Source of the DNA: Octopus vulgaris | Lineage: Eukaryota | Direction of reading: 5' to 3' | NCBI GenBank assembly: GCA_951406725.2 | Contig: OX597821.1 | Location: 102,424,001-102,488,000, forward strand | Length of the DNA stretch: 64,000 nt | Shown: positions 26,427-39,656 of the stretch, one piece after another | How the letters are laid out: each line of letters starts with the position of its first letter | Position numbering within the stretch: position 1 is the stretch's first letter | Notes under the pieces: model-generated | Seen by the model: the letters and a program-made list of their open reading frames with translations, nothing else | What the model was told of the DNA's origin: nothing | Database searches by the model: none | Program-made: the position numbers and the translations under genes

Positions 26427-26833
26427 TTTCATTAACTCCAAAAGGACGAAATGCTACTAAACATTTTGCCCAGCTCGACACCTTAATAATAATAATAATA
26501 ATAATTATTATTATTATTATTTTGGAGTTGATGAAATAAGTACCAGTTGAGCACTGGGGTGGATGAAATCAACTAGTCACCACCTTCAAAATTTCAAGTC
26601 TTTTGCTTAAAGTAGAAAGGATTTATTAAGGTGGTCATCTAGCTGAATACTGCATCAATAAAGTCTGTCTGATCCATGCAAGCATAGAAAAGTGGATGTT
26701 ATAAATGATGATGATGATGAAGTCCGTGTCATCAAGTGTCAACTTTTTACCAAATTTGCAGTCATATGCTATTGTGAGAAAACATTATTGTCAGTGTTAA
26801 GGAAGTTACTGAGCCTGTAATTGACCTGATTAA

Positions 26834-27053
26834 CTCTTTCGTTACTGTATTTATTTTGAGATGCTCTGTGTTTCTTTCAATTGTTTTAAATATAATAAAG
26901 AATTTAGTAAAATAACTTAGTTATCGTTAACCTAGTGTTAGGAATGTAGATTGTCACTAAGGTTTGATGGAAGATTTTAATTCAAAACTTATGAAAACAA
27001 GACATTTTACCACAGAGCCAGAGCTGGTTTTGGCCGGGTTAGTAACAAAAGGG
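26834..27053. mobile_element. piggyBac MITE family B, 220 bp, sharing TIRs with the 1.08-kb elements
   Basis: TTAA flanks; ctctttcgttac / gtaacaaaaggg termini. Older copies at about 20945-21100, 50064-50289 and 53824-54069. Confidence 0.8.
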
Positions 27054-28288
27054 TTAAATGTATGAGACAAAAATAATTTGAAAAATGTTGGAGACTTTAA
27101 AATTTTTTTTTTACCACAAAGTAATTTGAAAAATGTCTGGGACTTAATGATTTTTCTCTTTTTACCACAACTATTTCTCATTTCACTAAAGTTTTTTTTC
27201 GTATTTATTCAAACAATTATTTTTTCCTTTTTTTTAAATCGCCATAATGCAGAATGTAATAATTGAGAATTTAATCCTAAATCAATAAAAAGCTACAGAT
27301 TTTTCCATATCAAAGTAGTAACCACATTCATAGCCTAAGTCTTTTCAGTGAGCTACATTTTTCATCTAATACTTTAGTGTTAGTATTTGCAGGTAACAGC
27401 TGGTGGGTGAGCTAATGATTTGCTTAAGCTCAGGTTTGTAATAAATCCATTTCTAATGGCAGCCAGCTCAAATTTTAAATATTTAATGTTGATGAATGTC
27501 TACAGGTATACAAAGCTTTATTCTGGAAATCTCTTTTTGGGGGCTTTCACTTAGTTATTTGTGCTTGAGGCAATCCATCATCATTGTTGTAACGTCCACT
27601 TTACATGCTTGAGAGGGTTAGATGGAATTTATTGAGGCAGACTTTTTTTTTGACTGGATGCCCGTTCTGTCATCAACCTTCATATGTTTCCAAGCAAGGT
27701 AAATATTTTCCCCATGGCCAGACATATTTTTCCACAGAAGACTTGTCTCCATTTTAAATAATATATAATATACAAGTGAGGTATGTGTGTGATGAAATTA
27801 TTAGCAGTAAAGTTAGATGGACTGCAGCAACTGGCAGGAAAGATGTGTGAATGTTGTCTTTTTGTATGGTATTAGGAATTTGAAAATCAGTTTTTGAATA
27901 GATAATTCAAGAAAGTGGATTAAATATGTTACATTCATTGTGAGATGTTAGCTGAGACTCTGCAAAGATTGGGCAACCTCCAAAAGGTTTTGAGTTGAGA
28001 GAGATATATATCAAAGTATTAACTACTGTGACTTGGTTCAGACATAAAGCTAAATGGAAACATGTAAAATGAAACATTAATCTCAAGATAGTAATGTTGA
28101 TAAAAGATTGTCATTGATTAGCAAACCAAAATAACTATATTTGACAAGTTGATTAGGCTAACTATGACAAAAAAAAAAGTCGAGTGGTTGACTTTAGTGA
28201 TGAAGTCTATTTATGAGTAGTCTTCTGTCGGTCCTCTCAGTCTGTTAGAAATGGCAGTTGTACAATCCTACCTATAGTATAATAATAA

Positions 28289-28662
28289 TTTCATCTTTCC
28301 AGAGTCAATGAAATAAGTACCAGTTGAGCAATGAGATTGGTGACTTACAGCCCTTCCCTGAAACTGATGGCCTACTGCAAAAATTTAAAACCACCACCAC
28401 CACCACCATCATCATCGTTTAATGTCCGTTTTCCATGCTAGCATGGGTTGGACGATTTGACTGAGGTCTGGTGCAGCCATCTGGTTTGCCAGACCTCAGT
28501 CAAATCGTCCAACCCATGCTAGCATGGAAAATGGACGTTAAACGATGGTGATGATGATGGTTTTTAATTTTTGAAGTAGGCCATCAGTTTCGGGGAAGGG
28601 CTGTAAGTCACCGATCTCATTGCTCAACTGGTACTTATTTCATTGACCCTGGAAAGATGAAA
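28289..28662. repeat. Long near-perfect palindrome (arms of 183 and 174 bp, 17-nt loop)
   Basis: 28289-28471 is the reverse complement of 28489-28662 apart from a few substitutions and microsatellite length. Confidence 0.95.
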
Positions 28663-28838
28663 AAATGAGGGAGGGAGTGAACATGTGTGTCCACAAACAT
28701 ATGACCACTATAAACAAATCATCTGTGTGGTTGTTCGGTAAGAAATTGTCAAACCCTCCTACTTCGTCTAACAACAGGAGAGCCCATTATTATATATATA
28801 TATATATCTTTATATATATACACATACACACACACAAG

Positions 28839-29193
28839 TGGAGGCACAATGGCCCAGTAGTTAGGGCAGTGGACTTGCAGTTGTAGGATTGGGGTTTCGA
28901 CTCCCAGACTGAGCATTGTGTCTATTGAGTGAAAAGACCTAAAGCTCTACGAGGGTTCGGCAAGGAGTAGTGGCGAACCCTGCTGTTCTCTTTCACCCCC
29001 AACTTTCTTCCTGTTTTTGTTGTACCTGTATCTCAAAGTGCCAACCTTGTCACACTGAATCTCCCCGAGAACTCCTTTTTAAGCGTACACATGTCTGTGG
29101 AGTGCTCAGCCACTTGCACATTAATTTCACGAGCAGGCTGTTCTGTTGATCAGATCAACTGGAACCTTCGTCGTTGTAACCGATGGAGTGCCA
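28839..29193 (+). mobile_element. tRNA-derived SINE-4
   Basis: Head tggcccagtagttagggc..gtttcgactccc (A/B boxes) with a distinct body. Confidence 0.6.
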
Positions 29194-29775
29194 CGTCGAA
29201 TCATTTAAGATGAGAATGTTAAGTCTAAGTGTCCTTTATATGATGGTATAAAAACAATGAGTTTAACAAGCTACGTTTTGTCTGACTCATGTTTTTTAAT
29301 AAAATTTATATCCTCACTGTCATCATTTATACATTCATTTTTCCATACTGGCCTGGGTTACACAAAATTTATTGAGGTCAGCCAAAGAAAACTGTACATC
29401 ATTTAGTCTCCCTGAGGGCAATTTTTCTATTTGTAAATCACTATAATATTAGTCATTGAACCCATGTGGTCTTTTCCTTACCACAATTATTTCTAATTGA
29501 AGTTTTGATACTCTCTGCTTCAAATGTTAACACAACATAATAATAGCATTCACTATACTATCTCATCCAACTTTACAATACAATAACCAGAAGTCTGTTT
29601 AGTCCCATTACAATTTCTTCCTTTTTCTTTTTCTTTTTTTTTTTTATAAGTAAAGGTAATTACTGTAAATTGTTGGTATTAAAATTGTAGTTTAATATTT
29701 TTGTGTTTCACACACACATGTGTACGCATGCACATGTGCGCACATACACACAGAAAATTTCAATTCTTTGTTCCT

Positions 29776-30376
29776 CTGTGTGGCACCTTGAGCATGGTTC
29801 TTCTAGTATAGCCCCAGGCTGACCAAAGCTTTGTGAGTGGATTTGGTAGATGGAAATTGAAAGAAGCCTGTGTATATGTGAATGTATGTATATGTATAAG
29901 TATGAGTGTGTGTATGTGTGTGAGTACGTATATGTGTGCGTGTGCATTTTATATATGTATGTATATGTACATATGTGCAACACATACAAGCAACAATGTT
30001 CGTTTCCAGTTTTCTGTGAAAAACTTTTCTGGCTATGGGAAAAATATTACCATGCTTGAAAGCAAGTGCGTGTTGGTGACAGGAAGAGTATCCTGTTATT
30101 GGAAATCTGCCTAAGAAAATTCCATGTGACTCATGCAAGAGTGGCAAAGTGCATGTTAAATGATGACATCTATCCCTCTCTCTCTTTCGGAGAGGCACTG
30201 AGCAGCTATACGCACACATACACACATGGCAGTAACTTCCACCTACTGAATTCAATCACAAAGCTCCGGTCAGCTCGGGGCTATAGTGGAAGACACCTAC
30301 CCAAAGTGCCACGCAGTGGGACTGAACCCGAAACCATGTAGCTGGGAAGCAAGCTCCCTAACCACACAGCCATGCC
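29776..30376. mobile_element. SINE-1 with tail B (plus strand, 29776-30167) and an opposed SINE-1 head (minus strand, about 30238-30376)
   Basis: Similarity to the other SINE-1 copies. Confidence 0.7.
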
Positions 30377-30416
30377 CGATACATAAATATGCATGTGTGC
30401 GTGTATATATATATAT

Positions 30417-30790
30417 CATCATCATCGTTTAATGTCCGCTTTCCATGCTAGCATGGGTTGGACGGTTCAACTGGGGTCTGGGAAGCCAGAAGGCTGCACC
30501 AAGCTCAGTCTGATCTAGCTGTGTTTCTACAGCTGGATGCCTTTCCTAACGCCAACCACTCCGTGAGTGTGGTGGCTGCTTTTTACGTGCCACCGGCACA
30601 GGTGCCAGACGAGGCTGGCAATGGCTGCGATCGGATTTTGCTTTTTATGTGCCACCGGCACGGAGGCCAGACGAGGCTGGCAACGGCCATGATCAGATGG
30701 TGCTTTTTACTTGCCATCGGAACGGAGGCCAGTCGGGTCGGCGCTGGCAACGGCCACGATCGGATGGTGCTTTTTACGTGCCACCGGCAC
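30417..30790 (-). mobile_element. RTE LINE 3' UTR with 4 motif copies
   Basis: (CAT)n tail and repeated tttttacgtgccaccggcac. Confidence 0.85.
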
Positions 30791-30806
30791 TGATATATAT
30801 ATGTCG

Positions 30807-31011
30807 AAAAATGAATACAACTGGCTTTTCTGATAATTTTTCCGCTTTAATAATTAGATGTTTATAAGTTATTTGATTAAAAGCTATTTTCAAACTGTTT
30901 GAAAACAGCTTTTAAGCGAGAAACTCTTATCAGAGTCACCTCTTGTAAACTTAAAAACAGCTAATTATTAAAGTGGAAAAATTATCAGTATAGCCAGTTC
31001 TATTCATTTTT
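30807..31011. repeat. Nested inverted repeat: outer arms of about 63 bp and an inner hairpin at 30877-30915
   Basis: aaaaatgaatacaactggct... pairs with ...agccagttctattcattttt; inner ttaaaagctattttcaaac-t-gtttgaaaacagcttttaa. Confidence 0.8.
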
Positions 31012-31368
31012 ATTCAAATGTATAATACTGTACCAAGGACTTTCTATTTCTTATTGTGCTGTAATAGGATAAAATCATGTTAATGATTTTTATCAGGTGG
31101 TCAGCATGCAATAAAAATTTATAGGTAATTTATACATTAAATTAATAATTATATATATACATATGTCTATAATACACACACACACACATACATATAAGGT
31201 CCTGGGAGGGTAAAAAGATGGGGTGTATCCAGTGTAGCACTCCACCTGAGCTTATAGGCTATCTATATTGTCGAATTCTAATCTTAAGTAATATCAAAAT
31301 TCTTCAGGTATAGAAGACTCAGGTGTCATAGCAGTAAAGTTCTTGTGTGGGTTTAGCAAAAAGTAAAA

Positions 31369-31677
31369 TATAGTCCAAATAAAAAGACAGAGATTTTAAC
31401 ACATCTTTAATGATCATTACAATTATTTCTATACTCACCCTGCTATCAATGCCAAAGGTTCCAGGGTGTCATCTTACATTGCGCACAATGTAAGAGCATG
31501 CATTTGATGCATTTTGAAAAGGTGCCACGTTAATGTTTAAAACTGCAAATATTATGTAAACTTTCACTCAGAACTTTTGTGTGAACTGGCGTTGAAAGCA
31601 GAATTGGTACAGAAGCACTCGCGACTGGTCATTGAAGATGTATTAAGATTTTTCTTTGTCTCCTTATTTGGATTATA
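31369..31677. mobile_element. Foldback/MITE-like element with long imperfect TIRs (about 85 bp)
   Basis: tatagtccaaataa..acatctttaatgatca pairs with tggtcattgaagatgt..ttatttggattata; internal perfect hairpin at 31472-31495. Confidence 0.6.
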
Positions 31678-33874
31678 TATGTGTGTGTGTGTGTGTGTAC
31701 ACACATACTGAATGATAAACTATACATTTGAGTGGGAGAATGCCATCTTTGATTCTTCATAAGGTTTGAATAGCTGCTCTATCTATTAATCTTTGTATTA
31801 CTTTCAATATATGGCTGGTGGTGTAGTTAGTGGAATACTAAATGCGACTCAACCATTGTACAGAATGGCTGTAGACTGTAGTTCTTTACCTTCGGCAGTT
31901 TCATAAAAGAATTACTTTATTTATTTATTTTTATGTATGTTGATTAAATTCAGTAATCTGCCAATAATGTATGACTAACAACTAGTAGTAGTAATAGTAG
32001 TAGTAGTAGTAGTAGTAGTAGTTGGTACATTGTTAGTAGTAACTGTTGTTGAGTTGGCTCTATCAAGATCTGATTTATGTATGTGTGATATCTTTTGATT
32101 GTTAGCATGAATCAAGAAACATCTCATTATCTCATTACTAGCCTTCTATTATTAGATCTGCAGCCAGAGTTATTTTTCTCAGGTTGCCAGTGGTGGTGGT
32201 GGTGGTGGGGACATCGATTAACATTTTTATCTCAAGTGAGAGAGAGAGAGATGCAGTTAAAAGACAATATGCAAAATTCACAGAAGTAAAAAAAGAACCC
32301 AAAAAAAAAAACTGGTTATGTAGTTATGTAAGATTGTGCAAAAAAAAAATAGAAGGGAAAAGTATGTTACCTTAGTACATAAGGAGGTAGGTATTGTCTC
32401 ACTCCCAACTTTATACTTTCAGACTTTCTCATGTAGGAATAGCTGTGTGTTTGAGAAGTTTGCCTCCCCAGCAAGTAGTTTTGGGTTCAGTTTACTATAG
32501 CCCTGGATTGACCCAAAGCCTTGTGACTGGTTTTGTAGGCTGAATTAAGGCTGCCATATATCTATATGTGTGTGTGTGTGTGTGCGCGCTCATGTGTATT
32601 TGTCTACATCTTGCTCACTTCTCCAAAAGTTAGTTTGAATTGAACCAGCCATTATGATCCGATCTTTGATACTCTACTTCATTGTAAAAGTGAATATAAT
32701 GTCCGTTTTCCATGCTGGCATGAGTTGGACGATTTGACAACAGTTGACAAGCTGGAGAGCTGCACTAAGTTCCAGTTGTCTGTTTTGGCATGGTATCTAT
32801 GTCTGGATACCTTTCCTAAGGTCAACTGTCTTGAGGTTTTTGCATACCTTGATAAATACAGATTTGTGATCAATTCCAGCAAAGGTGGTGGGTGATATTA
32901 TCTACTGGGGTCAATTGACTGTTCCCCTTCTCTCAAATTTGTGGCTTTGTGCCTATGTTAAAAACATCTTCATCATCGTCACCATTATTATTTAGGTGGT
33001 GAGCTGGTAGAATTGTTAGAACATCAGAAAGATGTCTTACTGTATCCCTGCTCTCTATGTACTGAGTTCAAATCCCACTGAAGTCAGCTTTGTCTTTCAT
33101 CCCTCCAGAATATAGTGAGGCTGAAGTTGTTGGCTTTCCATCAAAATTGCTGGCTTTGTGGAAATCTGAACCAAAGGATGCTGGATTGGCAGAATTTGCT
33201 AGAACATCAGAAAAAATAGGGGGAGGGGTCAAATATCATTAAGGAGATGACAAAGGACTTTAACAAATGGCAAGATGATGCGATGGAGCAGATCCATCCA
33301 CCCAGTGAGAGCATAGAAAAACTAATATAAAAAAGATGATGTAAAGGTTTTTTTTTTGTGTTTTTGTTTTGTAAAATTTCAAGGCATGCATTGCAGAGTT
33401 AAAGCTCCTTTTGTACTAATTTCAATGTTTTGTTACTATCGTGTGTTTAAGAAACACAGTTTCTAATATACTATAATGAATATTGAAACATTATTATTAT
33501 TTCATAATCTTGACTAATTGTTGAGTTGCAGGAAGAGTAGAATGCTGCCGCTGGATTGAAGGTTTATTAGTGTTTAGTTACATTACTTGGTGTTTTAAGT
33601 TAACCATCATTCTGTCATTCTGGAGCAGAATGAGATGACCAGGCATGGCTGACTGGACATTGAACCAGTTTTGGCAGCAGTACTTTTTGGTACTTGAGGA
33701 AAATACACACACGTGTCCACCAAGAAATGTACAGAGAGAGAGAGAGAGAGGGATTATGAGATTATAATTTATTAATTGAAACCGATTGACATAAACACTT
33801 TCTACTTCACAATAATGTTATGGTTTACTGTAACAATGTTATTATTTGTAACACGTGCACAAGTAAATGTACTC

Positions 33875-33909
<35 letters not shown>

Positions 33910-34640
33910 TATTTATTAATTGAAGTCGATTGTTGTGCAGACTTTCTGCTTCATTTTATGTATATGACGGCTAATGAAAGTTAAAACAAAGTTTAGTAGT
34001 TCATAGTAGTTATGGTAACAGGTTAGTTAGTTTTAGTAATTAACTAGAATTAAAATAAAAATTTGCATGGTACCGAAAGGTTCTGGGGGACAAAACACCT
34101 GATGTCAAATAAATTAGCATTGAATCAGCAATGGTAAACAGGCAGAAATGGCAATGCCAAAACATCTCATAACCACTCTGGGGCTGGATTTGCTAAGTAT
34201 TGGTTTTATAGTCTTATGCAGGTGTTATAAATCGGTATTGGTTGGCTATGCAATATATAAAACTGTAATCAAATAGAAAAGTACTTTTTGATGTTTCAAT
34301 GATGGCATGCAAACTTTTCTTCTCTGCTTCCCCCACATCTCATGTGCTAATCTGCTGTCCACCTCTGAGTTGATTTTTTTCCTTTTTAATTTTATATCAA
34401 TGCGACAAACCTGTTGGATGTCAGGTTTGAAAATGTGACAGACTTTGCAGTACCTTTATGCATTGTTAGTCAAACCCACCCCACTTAGAGACAAATGGTC
34501 AATAGCTGTCAACTCACTGGTGTTGGATTGTTGAAAAATATGAAACTTAGTTATATTTTCAATATGCGTTGCATTCAAAGAAGAGCTGCTAGTGCTTCAA
34601 GTACTATACTGATTCTACCACAATATTTGCCTGTTTGGTA

Positions 34641-34996
34641 AGGCGGCAAGCTGGCAGAAACATTAGCATGCCAGGTGAAATGCTTAATGGTATTTTGCCT
34701 GTCTTTACATTCTGTGTTCAAATTTCACTGAGGTTGACTTTGCCGTTCATCCTTTTGGGGACGATAAATTAAGTACCAGTTGCGTACTGGGGTTGATGTA
34801 ATCGACTGCCCCCCCTCACCCAAAATTTTGGGCCTTGTGCCCAGAGTAGAAAGGAATATTTTTTTCAAATTCTGCCAAGGTCAACTTTGCCTTTCATTCT
34901 TTTGGGGACAATAAAGTACCAGTTGCGTACTGGGGTCGATGTAATCGACTGGCCCACTCCCCCAAAATTTCGGGCCTTGTGCCTAGAGTAGAAAAG
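34641..34996 (+). mobile_element. SINE-2 with tandemly duplicated body inside one TSD
   Basis: 17-bp TSD aatatttgcc(t/g)gtttgg at 34622-34638 and 34997-35013. Confidence 0.8.
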
Positions 34997-36627
34997 AATA
35001 TTTGCCGGTTTGGCCTTTCTGCTTAGTATTTGTTTGGTTGAGAGTGTTTTTGCATTGACTTGCTGCAACATACTGTTATTGTTATTGCCTGATTTAAAAA
35101 ACAAAGACTACAGAAAAAAATCCTCCCACTGCTTGACATTTGTTGGTTTGTTTACATCCCTGTAACTAAATGATTTGATGAAAGAGACTGGTAGAATAAG
35201 TACCAGACTTGAAAAATGAGTACTGGAGTGAATTTGTTTGACTAAAAATTCTTCAATATATTGAATGATATATTTTCCAAATTATTTCTGCTTATAATTA
35301 TATGGATTTTTAAAACCAATTATTGTTAGACGTCTTTGAATCCTGTTTCTGCTAGTGTTTGACACTATTAATATAGAGTTATTAATATAGAATCACTAGT
35401 TAGAAATTTTAGCACAACGGGTAAACCTCTGGTGATGCTTATCTGACAAATCAAGTTTTGAACCAGACCAGAATTCATTAAATTCAGTGATTCTGTTGAT
35501 GCTTTTTGGAAGGACATGAGTATCATACAATTACTTTTCTTCTTTATAAATCTATAACATTTGTGCTTTTGTAAGAAAGCAATATTATAAGTAAGGGTAA
35601 AAGAAGGTTGATGGTGTGTTTGACCAAATGCCTTGTGGCATTCAGTAACGTACACTTGTATTCTGAGGTAAAATTCTACTAGGGTTTCACTTTGACTACA
35701 TTAATACCGGTACAATATTTACTATAGTAACTTTGCAGGTATGAAAAACAGTCATACCTCTTCTGTGACTTGGTACCAAAGTTTGATAATGATGTTAGAG
35801 GTGAAGGCAATGATTTGGCAATAGCACACTGAACTAAATGACATTGAAAATTTAGCTTTAAGTCCACAATGTTTGGGTTCAAATACCACTTGAGTTGGCA
35901 TTGCCTTCTATCATTCTGGGGTCAATAAAATAAATACTCTCCAACAATGATAAAAGAATCTTTTCAAATTTCTACACTGTTCTCTTTATGAAAATTAGCT
36001 TTATTTCAATTATTATTGGTAGCTTCATTAGTGTCATACAAAATGCACTACAGTATTTATTTATTTATTTATTTATTTATTTATTAAATATTCTGATTTC
36101 AAGTTCTGCTGAGGTCAGCTTTGCCTTTCATCATTGGGTTTGGTAAAGAAGAAAAGCAAAGTAGATCAGGCAGGATTTGAGTTCAGAGCATGAAAAGACA
36201 TAGCAAATTACCAAAACTACCACAAGGTATTTTGTTCAACATTCAGCTGATCCTATCAATAAAGAAAGATTCTATTAATGAAAGAAAACAATAAAAATCA
36301 ATAAAATGTGTACTTGTCAGATATTGGTATCAATTAACCTAGTTAATAAGAAACCTGAGACGAGATATAAAACTGTCCAACTTGAAGTGCTCATATTTAA
36401 ATTAACTTTGTCTTTATAATTCTATGTAAGAATATGTTGTTAAAATATTTTGCAATCACCAATTTATTAATTAAAATGTTAATTATTGTATTAAATTCAT
36501 CCAAATAAATACTTGATTATTTTTTTTCCCAAAATTAATTAAAGCACCCAGACAGAATTTCTTTATAAATATGGTTATGAATCAGTCTGTTTCTTCGAGC
36601 ATTCTTCTTAATATTCTACTGTTGTTT

Positions 36628-36846
36628 AAAGTGGCAAGCTGGCAGAATTGTTAGCATGCTGGGAAAAATGCTTAGTGGCATTTTGTCCGTCCTTGCATTC
36701 TGGGTTCAAATTCTGCTAAGGTCGATTTTGCCATTCATCCTGTTTGAAGTCAATAAAATAAATACCAGTTAAGCACTGGCAGTCGATGCAATTGACTTAA
36801 TCCCTTTCTCAAAATTGTTGGCTAGGTGCCAAAATTGTAAACCAAT
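36628..36846 (+). mobile_element. SINE-2
   Basis: Head tggcaagctggcagaattgttagc and B-box GGGTTCAAATTC. Confidence 0.75.
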
Positions 36847-36959
36847 ATTTTGTTGTAGTGAAGATTGTTTGCCAACATAACATGGCAGTCCTGGTTTAGG
36901 ACTAATATTTTGTTATTGTTTTTAAAGACTTCTGACTTTCTCTCTTTTTGTTTTTGCAG

Positions 36960-37052
36960 TCTGGATTACGGCAACCTAGTATATACCATGCCTTAGTGAT
37001 TATATTTTTAGAATTCTTCTGCTGGGGGCTTCTCACATCCCCCATTATTAAG
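36960..37052 (+). CDS. MFSD14: MFSD14/HIAT1-like MFS transporter exon (SGLRQPSIYHALVIIFLEFFCWGLLTSPIIK, first TM helix)
   Basis: Matches the HIAT1 motif PSVYHAVIVIFLEFFAWGLLT. Acceptor tttttgcag|, donor AAG|gtaagt, 93 nt, phase 0-0. Confidence 0.92.
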
Positions 37053-37465
37053 GTAAGTTATCTGAATCTTCATTTCTTTTGTTCTAGTTTACAGCTGGAT
37101 TGGTACTGCTGTGGTTCATCAATCAAATGTCTCATTTACAAACAAAGGCAGTGCTGATTGGATCCTGGCTACTCTCACCATCACTCATCTCTTCCTCTCT
37201 TATTTCAACTCCTTCTTCTCTAGAATGTCATCCCTTTGGAAATCTCCCTGCTTATGTCTTTTTTGCGGGTATTTACCTGCAACAGTTTAAACAGAATGTT
37301 AACTGCATCAAGCTCACTAATCTGAGGGGTCATGGGCACTATCCTTTTGTCTAGAATGAGCAAAAAAAAAAACAAAAAAAAAGAAGCAAAAAAACCCCAA
37401 AAAACCCGAAAAACCCAAACATCATTAAAAGTCATATGGTGCTTATGTATTGTTTCTGTAGTCAG

Positions 37466-37864
37466 AAGTGGCTGTGTGGTAAGTAGCTTGCTTACCAACC
37501 ACATGGTTCCAGGTTCAGTCCCACTGCGTGGCATCTTGGGCAGGTGTCTTCTACTATAGCCTTGGGCCAACCAAAGCCTTGTGAGTGGTTTTGGTAGACG
37601 GAAACTGAAAGAAGCCTGTCGTATATATGTATGTATATATATGTGTTTGTATGTCTATGTTTGTCCCGTCCCCACCCAATATCGCTTGACAACCGATGCT
37701 GGTGTGTTTACGTCCCTGTAACTTAGCAGTTCGGCAAAAGAGCCCGATAGAATATGTACTAGGCTTACAAAGAATAAGTCTTTGGGTTCGATTTGCTCGA
37801 CTAAAGGCAGTACTCCAGCATGGCGGTAGTCAAATGACTGAAACAAGTAAAAGAGTAAAGAGAG
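37466..37864 (+). mobile_element. SINE-1 with tail A, full length
   Basis: Very similar to 14731-15109. Confidence 0.85.
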
Positions 37865-39656
37865 CTATGGCAGTGTTGTGCTGTTTCAGTTCGTTAACAT
37901 ACAACCACAATGGTTATAATTGGTTCCTTGGGTGCCTTTAGTAGAGTTCACTCTGTTGCATGCATTTGGAGTTTGGTCCTCCAGTTTGAGGATGACTTCC
38001 TCTTTTTCTCTGAGTAGTTTGGAAGTCAGGAAGTGAAGGATCATGAGTTCTTCTCCTCCTCCTCCTCATCATCATCATTTTAATGTCCACTTTTCCAAAT
38101 TTGAATAGATCAGACAGATTTTGTTGAAGTAAATTTTTTATGGCTGAATGCCCTTATCACCGACCCTTACTGAATTCCAAGTTAGTATTTCCCCAAGACC
38201 AGGCTTGTTTTCACAGAAGACTGAAAATGAACAACACTGCTTGTATGACAGTGACACCTTTACAGCTATTACATGACTAGTTTGTTAAAGATACCCCAAG
38301 AATACCATGCATGATTCTATTTTTAGTTCTCCAATTTCAGTCTATTGTTTCTGTTTTTCTCAATGATTTTTGGATAAATTGGGCAACAATTAATCTACTT
38401 TTTAGAGCAGATGTCATAGAATCAAAAGTAGGTCATATTGTTTTAGTGTTTCTGCCATAGCTGAGGCTATAGAAATATCCAAACTAAGCACTTTGTATAA
38501 GCAAAAGATTTGCCATTACTTAACAACAGTGAGCTATTCCTCCTATCTTTCGGTATTGACTTACAGTTTGGTGGATTGAGCTGTTGAGAAACTACGCCTT
38601 CTTGCCTACGAATACAGAGCAGCGCTGATTATAAAGAAAATGAATTATCTATCTATTTATTGACTGCTTGTCTGATTGCTTATTAGCTAAGTTACCTGCA
38701 GCAGCTGTTTGTAACTTGGCAGTAATGATGATAGATTAGTCTCAAAGGAAGTAGAGGCAGCGAATTTTTTTCTTTTTGAGAGCACGATCTCTAGAAATGC
38801 TTTGGGCACAATATGTCTGCGTAATTTATTTATTTATTTATTGGGTGTATTAAATAACTCCTGCTTAAACATTGAATGTTTATCTCATTAGCTCTATTGA
38901 TTACACTTCAGCAAAGTTTACTTTTTTTGTTCTTGTTTTTTAATTTAACCTTGATTATTTATTTATTTTTAAACTGCTTTATTATTTATTTTTAAACTGC
39001 TTTGCTGCCTGAGAAAACATTTTTTTTTTTTACTTCTGTCTTTTTTTCTTATTAAAAACAATATTTTCATTGTGATAGTGTTTATATTTATTTTTACTCT
39101 GTCGGTTTGATAGGTGTATAAAGACTTGAAATTCGCATCTTCATCCATTGTCTTCTAATTGTTTCGGTCATTGGACACCAGTACTTATGTAATTTAAAGT
39201 CTCATACTTATTCTTTTGGTCTCTTTTACTGAACAATTTAGCTCTGGGGATGTAAATAAAGTAACACCGGTTGTCAAGTGGTGTTGGTGGTAACACTCAC
39301 AGATACAAGAACACATGGTGGACTTCCATACAGTTTCCATCAAAGTCATTCACAATGTCTGTGTACGTTTGTGTCTCCTTGTCTTGACCTCATGTAATAG
39401 TTGTAAATGAGCGTCACTGTCATACAAGCAGTGTCATTCACTTCCAATCTTCTACAAAAACATTCTTAGTAACGAGGAACTATTCCTTTGGTTGGAAGCA
39501 GTTGAGGATTTATAACAAGAAGGGCATTTGGCCTTAGAAAAATAAATCTGTCCAACCCCTGCAAGCATAGAAAAGTGGATCTTAAACTGATAAGGATGAT
39601 GATGATGATGATGGTGGTACATTCATACCTAAGTAGTGTTCCAGATTTTCCAACGA

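Noticed and set aside
27075-27170. Short tandem or direct duplications (also 5506-5545 and 33730-33950)
   Set aside because: Ordinary slippage products with no further structure.
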